Below are positions 1-13,099 of a stretch of DNA of 64,000 bases, one piece after another. The DNA is from Patellaria atrata CBS 101060. Taxonomy: Eukaryota. The position numbers and the translations under genes were made by a program. Location: NCBI GenBank assembly GCA_010093705.1, contig MU006090.1, forward strand, positions 1,639,817 through 1,703,816. Reading direction: 5' to 3'. Each line of letters starts with the position of its first letter. Position 1 is the first letter of the stretch. The notes under the pieces were generated by a model. That model ran no database searches. It was not told the origin of the DNA and worked only from the letters and a program-made list of their open reading frames with translations.

Positions 1-42
1 GCATTAGCTGAGTGGTGGTAATTTTCCTTTGTCATATTTCCT

Positions 43-285
43 TCAGTCAATTTTCTATCAGTCAATTTTCTATCAGTCAATTTTCTATCAGTCAATTTTC
101 TATCAGTCAANNNNNNNNNNNNNNNNNNNNNNNNNNNNNNNNNNNNNNNNNNNNNNNNNNNNNNNNNNNNNNNNNNNNNNNNNNNNNNNNNNNNNNNNNN
201 NNNNNNNNNNTCAGTCAATTTTCTATCAGTCAATTTTCTATCAGTCAATTTTCTATCAGTCAATTTTCTATCAGTCAACTTTCTA
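43..285. repeat. Tandem minisatellite, 15-bp unit TCAGTCAATTTTCTA, interrupted by a 100-N gap (111-210)
   Basis: Identical 15-mers are visible on both sides of the gap. True copy number is unknown. Confidence 0.95.
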
Positions 286-989
286 AGCCCTTAATTCGAG
301 CCCTGGGTCCACCAAAATATAAGGTTAAATGCGTTTGCCGGGTTAACTTTCCCTCCAAGGGGGTTTTCTTTTGTTTTTTTTTTTTCCCTTTTTTCTATTT
401 TTTTTTCCTATTTTATTTTTCCTATTTTTTTCTTCCTATTGTTTTTTTCCTATTTTTTTTTCCTAATTTTTAAAGGTTCTATTAGGAGTGAGAGGAGATA
501 TATTTTATTTTTATCATGATATGGAGATTCACCCATACTCGTATATATATCTCCTCAAGATAACTAACTGGGAAATGAGATGCTATAGTAACTTAACATC
601 AACGGACAGAATATCATCATATTTCAGGAGCCAGACTAGGTGATTCACAGCGTACAGAATCTAACGATACTTTCGTCCAGATGCTATATTGATATCCCGT
701 CAGAAGGGTATGTCAGTGAGGGATGATAGAGGTGGCTGGAAGCTTAAGCTCAATACGAATTCTGTTGATATGATTGGTCAGCAAGCCGGAACAGCAAGTT
801 TATCCGGCCATGATCTAACCTCCCCCCTAAAGCTTGCAAGCTGTTGCGCTGAAACCACCACGCGACTGGGGGTAGAATCTGCCCAACCTGCCGCCCACGA
901 CCGTCATCGCGACCTGCATTCGTTCATTCAAGCTTCAACTCCATTATTATCTTCTCAACTTCCCTTTTGATCCAAAAATTGTCCTTGCA

Positions 990-2125
990 ATGCTCGGTCG
1001 CGGCCTCATCAGCCGTTTCTCGGCCGATGTACCCAAAACATCAACACTGGATGTCACGCAGCTCTCGCGATGTCTACAACGACTTGTGCGAGCACATAAG
1101 ACTAGCTCATTACTCAGATCAGGATACTCTTCGCAGCTACCATTCCGTCCAATTGGTCGACATTACGCTACCGCCGGAGCTAAGAAAACGGGAACCCCGA
1201 CTACGAAGGTGAAGAAAGATGTTAAAAAGTCCACACACACATCCACAAGGGTCAGGACGCCCGCGAAGAAGACCGGTACAAAGAAAGCTGCTACGAAGAA
1301 AGCTGCACCAAAGAAGAGCAAGGTAGCGAAGAAGGCTGCACCGAAGAAACCGAGGAAGAGAGTGTTGACAGAGAAGGCGAAAGAGAGACGCGCCGTCCAA
1401 GCGACCAGGGACAGGATCAAGGAGCTCAAAGCCAAAGCATTGAAGGTGCCCAAGGGCGCCAGTCAACGAGGGCTCAGTGCGTACAATGTCTTTACCCAGG
1501 AGAAGCTGAAGGACAAAACTCCCCTCCAAGAAGCCTCGAAGATGTGGAAGGACCTCAGCGCCGCTGACATTGAGGTACCTCCCTCCCTCTCACCTTTCCT
1601 CACAATCAGCAACCCACTAACCTCATCCACAGCACTATAATCATCTCGCCAGGGAAAAGTCCACCGTCGCCCAAGCGGCTTACAAAGCCTGGGTCGAATC
1701 CCATTCCCCGGATGAAATCCGCATCGCCAACAACGCACGCAACTTATTAGGTCGCCGTCTCGACAAGACCAAGGCCGGCCGGAAGCGGCACGATTGCAAC
1801 TTCGCGACCATCCACGACGAGCGCGCACTAAAGACACCCCCGAACCCGTATGCTCGCTTCGCGAGCTCGCGCTGGGACTCAGGGGACATGCGACATATCC
1901 CGGTAACGCAGGCGTCGAAGTTGATCGCGCAGGAGTGGAAGGCGTTGAGTGAGAGCGAGAAGAACGTATGTTTCCCGTTTATGCGAGAAGTGATTTGGAA
2001 TCGTGCTGACTGTGTGATAGGTCTTTAGAGACGCTTATAAGGCGGAGAAGGAGAGCTATGATAGGGAGTTTGTAAGGTTGTATGGACATAAGCCTGGTGT
2101 TAGTGTTGCGAAGGCGACCGCATAG
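990..2125 (+). CDS. HMG-box protein, probably a mitochondrial nucleoid/DNA-packaging protein (3 exons)
   Basis: R/S/L-rich presequence-like N-terminus, K/A/P-rich linker, HMG-like segments LSAYNVF...ASKMWKDLS and PPNPYARF...IAQEWKALSESEK. Introns 1575-1632 and 1966-2020 (GT..CTRAC..AG). Stop TAG 2123-2125. Confidence 0.8.
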
Positions 2126-2556
2126 ATGATTGCACTCGCATCGTTCACGGATGAATTCGCTATATCTAGATTTGTCTCTAGGGTCCCTTTGCTGCGAGAC
2201 GTATTGCCCTGATTCTGTTGCTTTGATTAGAGGTGATGGATAGGGCGGCTTGTACCGTGTCTAATATCTGGCGCTTGAGATTTGTCGATAGGGTTACTCT
2301 GCACTCTCGTACTCATATATTGGTCTTACTCACGTAGTTTCTTTATGTGCAAGTAGGATAAGACTTTAGTTGAATACCGCGATAATGGGAATTTTGTACG
2401 TCTTCGTCTATCGGTAATGAATTATCTTTGGCGTGTGAGAGTGGGTGAGATGTGCTGTAGGAAGTATCAAGAGGGTTTGATACTCCTGTACTGGACTAGA
2501 GACTGGTATAATGGTATATACTACTTTATTTTATTATGATTCGGCTTCTACTATTC

Positions 2557-2732
2557 ATTTCCTACCTGTATATTTCCTACCTGTATATTTCCTACCTGTA
2601 TATTTCCTACCTGTATATTTCCTACCTGTATATTTCCTACCTGTATATTTCCTACTCGCTGTATATTTGCTGCCTGTATATTTCCTACCTGTATATTTCC
2701 TACTCGCTGTATATTTGCTGCCTGTACATTTC
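2557..2732. repeat. Tandem minisatellite, 15-bp unit ATTTCCTACCTGTAT (about 11 copies, variants at the 3' end)
   Basis: Directly visible tandem copies. Confidence 0.95.
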
Positions 2733-3985
2733 CCAATCACACACTCGTCTCTAAGCGATACACTTCGTATCGTATACTCGTCTTAGAGAGTATACTTATT
2801 CCGTATAGAATGCTCCTCTTCGTAAGGTACTCTCTACTCACTCCGTACTCTACATTTAATATGTACGACACGATTATCCGTACTTTACACTCATCTTGTA
2901 CTCTACACTCATCTTGTACTCTACATTCATCTCGTACTACACCTATCTCATGCTCCCCATTCATCTCCTACTCCCCACTCAATTCTCATCTAATACAGTC
3001 ACACCGCCACATCCCCACAACCACTCCTCTCACCTCCATTCCCCTCCCACCCTTCAACCATCCCCCGAACCACACCCAGATTCATGAGTACTATATCTCC
3101 TCTAACGATCCATTATCCATGCTGACTACCGCCCACCCCCTACACATTATCCGTCTATACTGAAAAGAAATTACTCTGTGCGTACGTTTTCTTTCCCGGT
3201 AGGTTGTTCCCTCGGAGTGGTTTCCCCCCTTAAGCTGCACGTTTGCCCTAAAAGGCTACAAACCATTTTTCCCACATAAGATCGTGTTCCCCGAACTGCG
3301 GCAGTATCCCGTATCCGCATGCCCGATGTCCCTCCTCACCCGACAGTTGACAGTTCACAGGATCGAGAGACCGGGCGAGACCGGAAATTGGCTCCGGGAA
3401 CCCACGGCACGACGGTAAACCACCCGCCCCCATCGGTCAGTCGAGATACGGATTACCCTAGCACACCAGGAGGTTACTTGCTCAATCCCGACCACAGTTC
3501 TCAGTCACAATCTCACTCAGTCACAAAAAGGGGCCAAGTAAAGTGAGTTAAGTATTCCCCTAAACTATTCCACCTAACCTGAACAAAACCGTTTCATCCC
3601 TCTACCCCCATCAGCAGCGAGGGCGGATATAAAAGCCATATTAGCACTAAGCATTACACGCTCACACTTCTGCATCCAAAAAAAAAAAACCGCCGTTTGA
3701 ACCTTCGCACCGTACAAAGCCATCTCCAACGAAGAAAACAAAGAAGAAAACAAAGAAGAAAGCGGGGGTATGTAACAAGACGCAAAAGCCATCTCTCTTC
3801 TCTCAACAAGAGAAGAAAAAAAACGCCATGATCATAACGGGGCATAGCCTTACGGTAAGGAGGGTATTCGGGTCAGTCAAAGTATAAATTCATAAATAAG
3901 ATAGTCTCAACCCCCCCCAAAAAAAAAGCATTTAAGCGGGGCGGAATGTGTCATAAGATAAACAAGGTAAGTTTTTTCTTTACTT

Positions 3986-5861
3986 CTAAGGCATCGGCTG
4001 CGCCGCAAGTTCGCCCTCGATTGTTTTCCGCCAATGTTGCGGTAGGCAGACGCATACGAGCTATGAGACGTATTAGTCTAATCATCCCTCTCGAAATCTT
4101 GCGGGATTGATCATAACTCACCGGAAACGCCTTAATCTCTCCATCCACCTCAACCTGACTCGACCCCGGTCTCTTACTGCCATTGCTCATCCCACTATCT
4201 CTCTGCCCATCATGCGCCTCCTCGCCCCAATGCTCCGCTCTGTCCCTGATCTTTGTGCCCGTGGCCCAGCCGTCATCCCAGATCCCGACGACCTTCAGCA
4301 TATCACCCCGTTCTAGCTCCCACTCGTCGTTCGCTCTGGGTTGGTATGCCCAAAGCGTGGCAACGACGTTATTGGGGTGGATCTCATCTTGCGAGTAATA
4401 GTCCTTGAACGACTGCAGCTGTTCCGACTGTCCGCTGTGCACTCCCTCCGGCGACGAAAATTGGTCACGGCCACTACCTGATAGAGGCGAGCTGGGGTCT
4501 TCTCCTAACGCCAATGCAGAACCAGACGATAGGGATCCAGTCCGCTTTGGTGCTCCCGATTTGAGAGTCCCGGTGTGTTGAGATTCAGGGCTATCATCGA
4601 AGCGGTCCGATTCGGAGTGTCGGTATCCGAGCACGCCACCATTTCGTGGACTGGCTGCTGATGATACTGAGCTGCTTTCCAATGCGGTCATACGAGCTAC
4701 ACGTCCACCAGGTACCATTTCAGGTTGTCGGTTCGCACCATCCGTGAAAGTCATTTGGGGAGCGTAGGTAGGTGAACGACGGGCAGGCGACGGTTGGTTG
4801 AATATACTACCTGCTTGAGATTGTCTCCGGCGACGTGCAAGGATACACAAGAAGATAACAAGACCAAGGATAAGAAGTGCACCGAGGATGGACCCAATGA
4901 CGATTCCAGCAATTGCACCACCTGATAAGCCATCATCCGAGCTAGGATCAGCCGCGGCAGTATCGGCTGGTACGGCTGACGAGGTCGCGTTTGGGAACAG
5001 AGGAGCCATCGGAGTGGTTACCGGGAGGTGAACATTCTGGCAACGGCTCTCTACTTGAGAATTGACGCAGCAGGAATCGGTTGAATTTGGTGAACTGGAA
5101 GCGCAAAACGAGCAAAGGCCTCCGAGATTGGACTGGTAACCGCAATCAAACGGTTCGTTCTCTACACCTCGAACGCATTCTCCAGTAGTTATTGAATTTG
5201 CTGGTAATGCACATTCTATGAAATCGGCGCGTAACTGGGTCATGGCGTTATCCCCGGAGGTACCACATAGCTCTGGAGTGGACACTATTCTCTGCTCACT
5301 CATCGCATATTGGACCTATGAATCATCAGTTTTTGAGGGAAGGGAATACTATAGGTGCCACGTACACAGGTATCAGCACATAGAGGCCGTGTTTGATCCT
5401 GTGAAATGGAACAAGACTCTACAGAGTTTTGTATTATCGCGTTACAGAGAACGCTGGTGGTGTATCGGGCGTAGATATCTGTAGTGTCTGTGAGGTTTAA
5501 GCTTGAACATCCTATTTGCTGTTCGTATCTATGGAGCCGTTAGGTCGATCAATGGACATTATTTTAGGTTGAAGCGTACCTCAGCGCTGAAAAGGCAGTT
5601 GAAATATATCGTCGTAAACCATCATCAAAAGACTGTACATCTGATACGAAAGAAAGAAAAGGACTGGAAGAGTAGATTAGCGACTGTCAATGTATTCCTC
5701 AGCGTCAGTGAAGCTCACAATAGTCTGGACACGGAAGCATCGGTGGAGATGGAAGACTGATTGAACGCGGGACACGTCGTGGACCCTTCTAGTCGGATAC
5801 AATTCTGAGCCATCGCAGACCGTATCGTCGCGGCCAGCGTCAAGAAGGCTGCGGCTTTCAT
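3986..5861 (-). CDS. Single-pass membrane protein: signal peptide, Cys-rich ectodomain, TM helix, cytoplasmic SH3 domain (multi-exon)
   Basis: ATG 5861 MKAAAFLTLAA... signal peptide; Cys-rich region; TM GAIAGIVIGSILGALLILGLVIFLCIL-RRRR; SH3 motif LWAYQPRANDEWELERGD...WDDGWATG...AFP|LVCV; spliced last exon ends at TAG 3986-3988. Confidence 0.8.
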
Positions 5862-8141
5862 GCTGGATGATCGACCGGAAGAAAATCTGAAGGAATTATC
5901 GTTCGATCGGGTCGACGTGCTCTACGGTCGCGAGCCTTCCGTAGAGTTATTGAGTTTCCGCGACACCAGTCGGGTTGTTGTATATCCAGCTTTTTGACAA
6001 GACAAATGTGTATTTCATCCGTATCTCTCTTCAATATTATGCTTTGCAGATAGCCGCCTTCACCTCTTGCTCGATCAACGATTAGCCTATGGAGCAGGGC
6101 ATGGGTAAGGTATTATCGCGGTAACTGTAAGGGGAAATTAAAGTGAAGCCGTAAGAGAAAGTTAAAGAAGTGAAAAGACCGTAGGGTAAAGTGAACGAGT
6201 GACTGGGTGAGATCCGAGGTCGTTTGCACCTGCAGATTCTACCAAGAAAGAAATCAATTGGGAAGTAGCGACTCTCTCGTTGCTTATCGGATGGAGAGAG
6301 AGAAGAGAGAGGTGAGGAAAGCAGGAGCCAGGACGGGAGGAACGGGCCAATTCTTTTTCGTATGGAAGCCGGTAAAGCTGCGACACGGTGACTGAGCGTC
6401 TTGACTGTCTCAAGAGATTGGCGTTGAAAGATGAGAGGAGAGAGGATCTCAGCAAGAACCTTGCGCCGTTGGTTTGGGCATTGAATTTGTCCATTGAGTG
6501 TGCGGGTTTCCAGGCAATATGGCGTCTTGCCTAATTCGACAGTGCACCTAACCTTCTAACAGCCATTGTCCAATTGAACTTCGCCGACGAACTGACACGC
6601 GAAATTACGCGGAGCTCCATATCCACTAGAATCTGCCAAAATAGAATAACAAGATCCAAGAAGGAATCTCTGAACGGAACGATGCTTCTCTCATTCTCCC
6701 CCATTATTATTTATCGAATGTACAGTATAATAATCAATCAATTCTATCTTTTTCATTTGATATATTTTCGTCTACCTTTTCACTATCCGTAACGTGGTAC
6801 AGTCGTAAGCTCCAAAACCGCAGAGATTAGCCATGTGGGAGGCACGTTACCGAACCCTTATTAGTCCCCTTGTGCCTTGCATCGCGACGCTTATGACAGT
6901 TCATGTAACTTCTAGTAGTCCTCCCACATGCCAGTTGTATCAAGAAATCAGAATCATTATCTACTAGTTCAACGGCTGACAATTCCCACTGATCGAATTG
7001 ATGTGCATAACCCGAAATCCCCTTCTTCACGACTCGAAACACTTCAACACGCGGCTCTGCGTTTCCGAAACCTCACAGCCTATCGCGATGAAAGAGAACG
7101 AGGCTGGCATGGACCATTACCTTACCCACCAGAAACGATATCAAAGCCGTTATGAAGCCCCCGTCGCAATGCGAGAATTGTATGAGCAGATATCTCTCCA
7201 ACAACCGTAGAACCCTTATTGTATCATTTGCACCGAGTACAGTACATAAGCTACTTCCCATCGATAGCGCTAAGTTTAATGTTTGAGTCCTGATCAACAC
7301 GCGTCTTCTTAGCGAATAATATTCCGAGTCCCGACCGAAGACACTTGCACCGCAAACACCGAGAAGATCCGTTCTGCTGGTCGGGATCGGCACCCAAATG
7401 CCCTGCCGTGTCACCATGTGCACCGCCACATATTGTGGCTCAATTGTGGCTTGTAACTTCGTCACTGAGGTGTAAAAGGGGTAAGGCTGATCATTTTTGC
7501 TGAGTGCATATAGGGTGTCGGAGGCCGCGATAGGATTTTCGTTGCATCCAGACAGTCGACGAATGGTTTTTTCACCTGAGGACTACCGCGTATGCAATGT
7601 ATATTCTAAGAGGGAGGCGGTGTGAACGTGGTGAGATCTAGGCGTGGTGGAGCTGAAGAGTAGAGGTTGTGGATGAAACACTGGGTCCAAATGGGTTTGG
7701 ATATGGGCCGAGACCGTGATCTTCGGATAAATCTACAAGCAAGAAAGTGTACGTTCTCGATGAATTCGCGCTGAACTTCACGGTCCTAGAACCCTGCTGT
7801 GAGAAAACCAAGTCTAAAAAAGTTCCTAACATATCTGCATGAATAAAGTTGAAGGTAGAAATGAAGTTTATATAAAAACAAACCTGAAGACTTGTTTCTA
7901 TAGAAATGAAAGGGTTGCCTAAGTCTTGTTGTTTCGAATGATCATCATTATATCCAAGTGAACTAAATGAAAAAGTGCCAGCACTGTGGAAATAGAAAAA
8001 CGCTATGGTAACACTAAAGGACTTGTAGCGAATGTCATAGGAAATAAAAGGATAAGCAAAAGAGGAAGAAAGAAAGAAACAAGATTCAAGGATAAGAAGG
8101 TCGAGTGTCACGTCGTCGGAAAAACTCTCAGTCGAATTCTT

Positions 8142-9378
8142 CTAACCACGCAGACGCCTCAGCAACACGTCCAACCGAACACCGGCAGAAGCAGCATCCC
8201 TTGCTAGGCTATGATTCAACCACGAGACGGGGTGATGTGACCCAAGTTCTTCGATCAAGATGGTCCGTAACATCGGGAAACTGACAAGTTTGTACCGCAC
8301 GATTTCCGTGAGCCATTTATACCAGTCTTCGTCGACCTCATCGTCATCATCCCAAAATGATTCCTCGTCTTCTTCTGTAAGATAGAATAACCCAGTGTCA
8401 TTGGTGAAGTATATCTGTTACATGATATTAGTATCGACTTGAAATGTCCCAGTAAGGGGGAATACTGACTCGTAGATACTCAAGTGATGCGGGAAGGTGC
8501 TGATGCAAGAAGTTCCGAGATCTGTCCCGTACCTTCGCTCTAAACACACAACTACTTGGTACGTCCAGTACTCTCAACTTCCCATACTCCTTGAGATCCA
8601 TTCTACTACCATCATGAACTCCATCACGGAACACTTGCTGGTGTCCGCGAATGACCAGTTCCTCGAGAGTGTCTTTGGCAGCGTCAAGTGCTTGCGTGAT
8701 CTCCTTTGGAGAAAAAACGTATGTATTGCTGGCGAGCTCAAAGGTGAGTTTTCTGATATTGGGTCTATACTGAAGAAGACGTTGAATTATAGCCGGTGCA
8801 AAGAAACACTCTTTTAAATCCAGTGATTCTAGAAGGGCATAGACCGTCCTCGTCGGTCGACCGAGGAATCGTTCTGGTAGGCTTGCCAAACTGTTTGCCC
8901 CTATTGTTTGGATTTGTGGATGAAGTAGTGCCTTGCAAAGCGTGGAGACAGATCCACGAACAACGCAGAAGTGACGAAGCATCGGCATGGCGTTTTCCAA
9001 GTCAAATGTAAGCTCGAAGGGCACTGTGCCAGCATGTTGCTTGAGTGTCAGAGATGAGAGACCTGGTAGATTTGACAAGAGTCCATTGACTCTAGCACTA
9101 AGGATAGTATTATCCACATTCCAAAAAAGCTCCAAGGTCTGGATCTGTCTTTTAAGCTCAGGCCTTCGTTGTATGGCGGAAAGGAAAAGCTCAAACCGTT
9201 CCGCGGAAGGTGTACGGGGATGGTCGAGCCTAAATGAGACATGTCTTACTAGATAGACTTGGACTAGTTCGTTGAAACGACGAGATATTGTTGCAAATTC
9301 ACGAAGCTTGTTTGGCTCGTACTCGAAGTAAGAGAGAATTTGGTGGAGGCAGTCTTCGTTGAGGTCGTTTAAACTCAT
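8142..9378 (-). CDS. F-box protein with LRR-like C-terminal region (2 exons)
   Basis: N-terminal F-box MSLNDLNEDCLHQILSYF...ISRRFNELV; LxxLxL repeats; intron near 8415-8470 leads to a final exon IYFTNDTG...LRRLRG*. Confidence 0.75.
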
Positions 9379-12300
9379 ATTGAATATTTCACGGGAAGAA
9401 GATGATTGTCGATATTGAAGTCTGAGACAGACTAGTTCAGCTTAAGTATTCTTGCTTCGGCATGTTCAATGATAAGATGGCACGCGGTGTTGTACAAGAG
9501 TACTATTATAAAGTGAAAGATGCCTGATCAAACCTCAGCATGAATTTTTTTTATTTGTCGGTTGGGAGAATCCCGAGATCGATCAACAATGAGATGTGCG
9601 ATATCGAAAGCAGCATGTGAAGAAGAGAAAGCATAAGTCCGAGATAATGACATAAATTTTGAACAACTCTAGCCAATTAGCAGAAATGAAAAAGGTCGGA
9701 TGGTTCAATACCTGACTGAGTTGCTGAAGCTGATTTGCTGCAAGACTGTAGATACCTAGTTAATCTGCAGAGGTCGGACTGGAACTTGATATTCCCCGTA
9801 AGGGGGTAGATAGTTTGTGATACATTATCTGTAGATTTGTTTGGATGTAGTATAAAAAAACCGTTGGTACAAATCTTAAGCTCTTTGATTTGTTTAGGCG
9901 TGAAGTAATGGAGCAATAAGCATATGCTGGAATCATCACTGCGCCTTGTGCAGAATGGAATTGCGAGTTCTGGAAACAGGCCTCGACAGGGGTTTCGGCA
10001 AGTAGTTTGGTTGTTCGAATGGTGATCTTGTAAAATCCGCCGCATTACGCAGCGCCCCTTGATTAAGAAAGGGTTAGTTCTGACGGAGAAATAACCTCAA
10101 TTCGAAACGTCCAAGCACTCTCGTATCGGTATAGAGTCAGTTGACGCGAGAACAGACACATGATCATAGAAGAAAAGTCGTGCATTCAATAGGAAGTATG
10201 TGTACTGGAATTGTCGGGGGAACAACCCCTTGAAGGCTGCGCCGCGTATGTACAAATTCGATGCCTGGCTGAGAATCTGGAAGGTCTATGAGAAGAGGGA
10301 TATAGATTTTCTACTGAAGTTCTGATCAATTGGAGGTTTCGGAGCATAATGCAAGGCTTCCATGGGATAACGGACTATTTCTGGCCCCCGTAATGCTGAC
10401 CAGCCAGTTAGCACTGTTGGTTCGGGCGGTAAGGTAGTACACGATCGCCGCAAATCTAATAATGAGCGAACCGGACAGGGGATGTATGATAGGTGAACGA
10501 GATGCGTTGAGCTGAAATATCCATAAGGCTGATTTTTCTATACTTCTTGTCTCCTAGCCACGTGTGACTACCCCTAGAAGTACATTAGCTCTAGATCAGC
10601 TATGATGTTAATTGATGCCCGATAACCTTAATACACTACGAGCATATTTACACTTTGTTCTCACAAAATATGTAAATGGTAAATGATACTCTGCTTGCTC
10701 GCCCCTTTTCGGAAAGAAGACTGACAAGGGGTAAGATCTTCCTCACCAAGGACTAGATCGGAAAAAGATCCATTGACCGTCCTCGCAGGCGATCAACTTG
10801 TCAATTTTTTGCTTGAACGACGTATGAATGTGGGAAATAATTTTATGTGTCTAAAGTGCATTTTGGTGGTTGTTCTGATCTCGTTCTTCGGAGTAGCCGT
10901 CTAGAATTAAGCGACCAGGTAAAGAACCCTGACCTTTCAAATTGAATGTTGTACAACATCTGGCCTTACAGGAACACAGGAACAAAGGGTGCATTGCATG
11001 GAATATTAACCGCGAGAAAATCAGTCCGCGCTGCTGGGTTCGTCTGCGCGCTTAGTACGTCAAAGTGAGGCGCGGAAAGCTACTCCAGCAGAGTTGCATG
11101 ACCTTGTGTAAGGTAATATGCCTCTGCAGCTTCATCTGTAATATAAAAAGTTCGGTATTTTTACATTCGGCCTTTCCGACCTTTTAGACGCGTGTCGCGT
11201 GCTGCGGTTTTGTCAAACGATATCTTCACGCTGCGCTCCTCTCCTGAATATCCTTCCGGTGGGAAATGTCAATGAACTTTGATGTAACCACTCAATAATA
11301 TCTAGAGTTGTAAACATCGCTTCGTGTCGCTACTGTGTCCCGCTCTAGCCGAGATGGTGTGGGTAGGGACAGATTCCCAGTTATCGCAGGAAGTTGGTTA
11401 GAAGTAATTATTAGCATAGCATCATTGAACCCCACGTTCATACATGTCTGCCTCATGTCCACTATCTTTGGTGGACTAACACGGCCGAGTGATTGTAACA
11501 GTAATCTTGTTTCATCGGCAATAAATATAGCATTCTTCGCCACGAGTACAGGTTAGGCTGCAATGAGGGAAACCTTAACTCATCCCAGCCAACAGTATTT
11601 TTGGTTAGGAACCGGGTACGTCAATTGGTAGCCGAGAAAGATTTGGTCTCGAAACAGGTCCAACACAAGAGCCGAAAAGCCCACAGATTAGGGCTTTGGG
11701 GGTATGTGACAACGGAAAGCGATCACATGCTCCCAAAATCGAAGGGATCATATTCAAGGAATATATCCTACAATTGGTGAGCTTTCGGGTGAACATAGAC
11801 AAGATGTCCGAGAGATTAACGCCATTAGAAGATGCCTTGGGGATTCGAAACGATCGAGAGAACTGTGCTCAACTATCCGAGAACATATGGACGGCTTGTT
11901 TGGGCTTGAGCGTAAGAGGCCTCCTGCTCAAGCGTGAGGATATAGATAATAATAGGTCTCGAGTAGAGTGCTATAACCGTCGAAATGGGGGTGGATCGCC
12001 CCCTCCCGAATTAGCATCGAACACAGAAGCATTACAGATGTCTTACTCTGCACGAAAGACATAATAGCGATTGTTTGTACATAGGAGAATATTATATGGT
12101 GGTATATAAAAGACACATAAAATAACGTCGGTGTAAACGGAGTAGGTGCAAGGTAATATGGTTACTGTAGCTTTTCCTTAGGATGATAGCGCTTGGATTC
12201 CGGTTCGACCTCATTATTTTACAATGAAATCCTGCCAACGCCGTTTCATGACGAAGGTGGTATCCATGCTCTTCTCAATCCAACCTAACATAGAAACACT

Positions 12301-12407
12301 ACCATAGAAACCATCTTTGGAGATGGCCCTCATACGAGCTCCAGTAGTGACAATAGTAGCTTGTTCTGGCCTCATCGTTTAATCTAGGTATAACACTAAT
12401 CTGCAGC

Positions 12408-12575
12408 TCAGCTCTTCACTTTTTGACCCGCAGGAATAGCATCAGCTTTTCGCTCTTTTGATAATTCGACCCCGTCTTTAGCGTTGACTTCGAGGAAATG
12501 GTACAGCACGATCATCAACATAGCCGCGCTTCCCAGGAATATCGCAAGAGTGTAGAGGGTATTATCGGATATCAT
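12408..12575 (-). CDS. OST4: Oligosaccharyltransferase subunit Ost4 (55 aa, not in the ORF track)
   Basis: Manual translation MISDNTLYTLAIFLGSAAMLMIVLYHFLEVNAKDGVELSKERKADAIPAGQKVKS matches the Ost4 pattern MISD..L..LAI..G..MM.LIV.YH. Confidence 0.9.
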   Translation of the reverse strand: MISDNTLYTLAIFLGSAAMLMIVLYHFLEVNAKDGVELSKERKADAIPAGQKVKS

Positions 12576-13099
12576 GATGGAGGCTTATTACTGCGAAGTA
12601 CCTTTTGACTTGAGAGGACTATTCTAAGTTATTAGAGGCTGTGCAGTCACTTTGAGTTGGGGGTTACCGCTGACCTTGCAGAACAACAAATAAGAGCTTG
12701 CGGGGACGAGCGGAGAGTTGTTCTGTAGGATGCTATGATGGGTTTGTTTTAAGTCTAGATTTATCGTGACAGTATGTTGGTAAACTCTGCAATGGCTCAC
12801 GTCGTGTTTATAGCAGTTTCAAGGCGACGTGGAGCATTGGAGAGCATCTCTCGCTTGAACATCGGGAATCTCTTTACTGTACCTCGAACTTCATCCCACC
12901 GCACGGATGCCTTCGTCATTCTTCAATATCGCCTTCAGCCTCAGGTCACTGAATAGGAACAAGCACCCTACTGGTGACTCACCAACTTTATCGACATTCC
13001 TTCCTGTCATTTAGTTCTGCCCCAGCACTTATAGGCTCGAAATAATTCCTAAAACGGAACCTACACTCCAGGGAACGGCTACAGTATAATATACCCATC

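Noticed and set aside
12..473. ORFs across the repeat, the N gap and the T-rich tract
   Set aside because: Artefacts of the 15-bp repeat and gap. 300-475 has inflated homopolymers typical of low-quality contig-end sequence.
2511..2786. Repetitive ORFs (FLPVY)n, (GNIQV)n and similar
   Set aside because: Open in several frames only because the 15-bp unit lacks stops. No gene structure.
3180..3560. GC-richer intergenic stretch that might be a structured ncRNA
   Set aside because: No recognisable snRNA, snoRNA, SRP or RNase P/MRP motifs found by eye.
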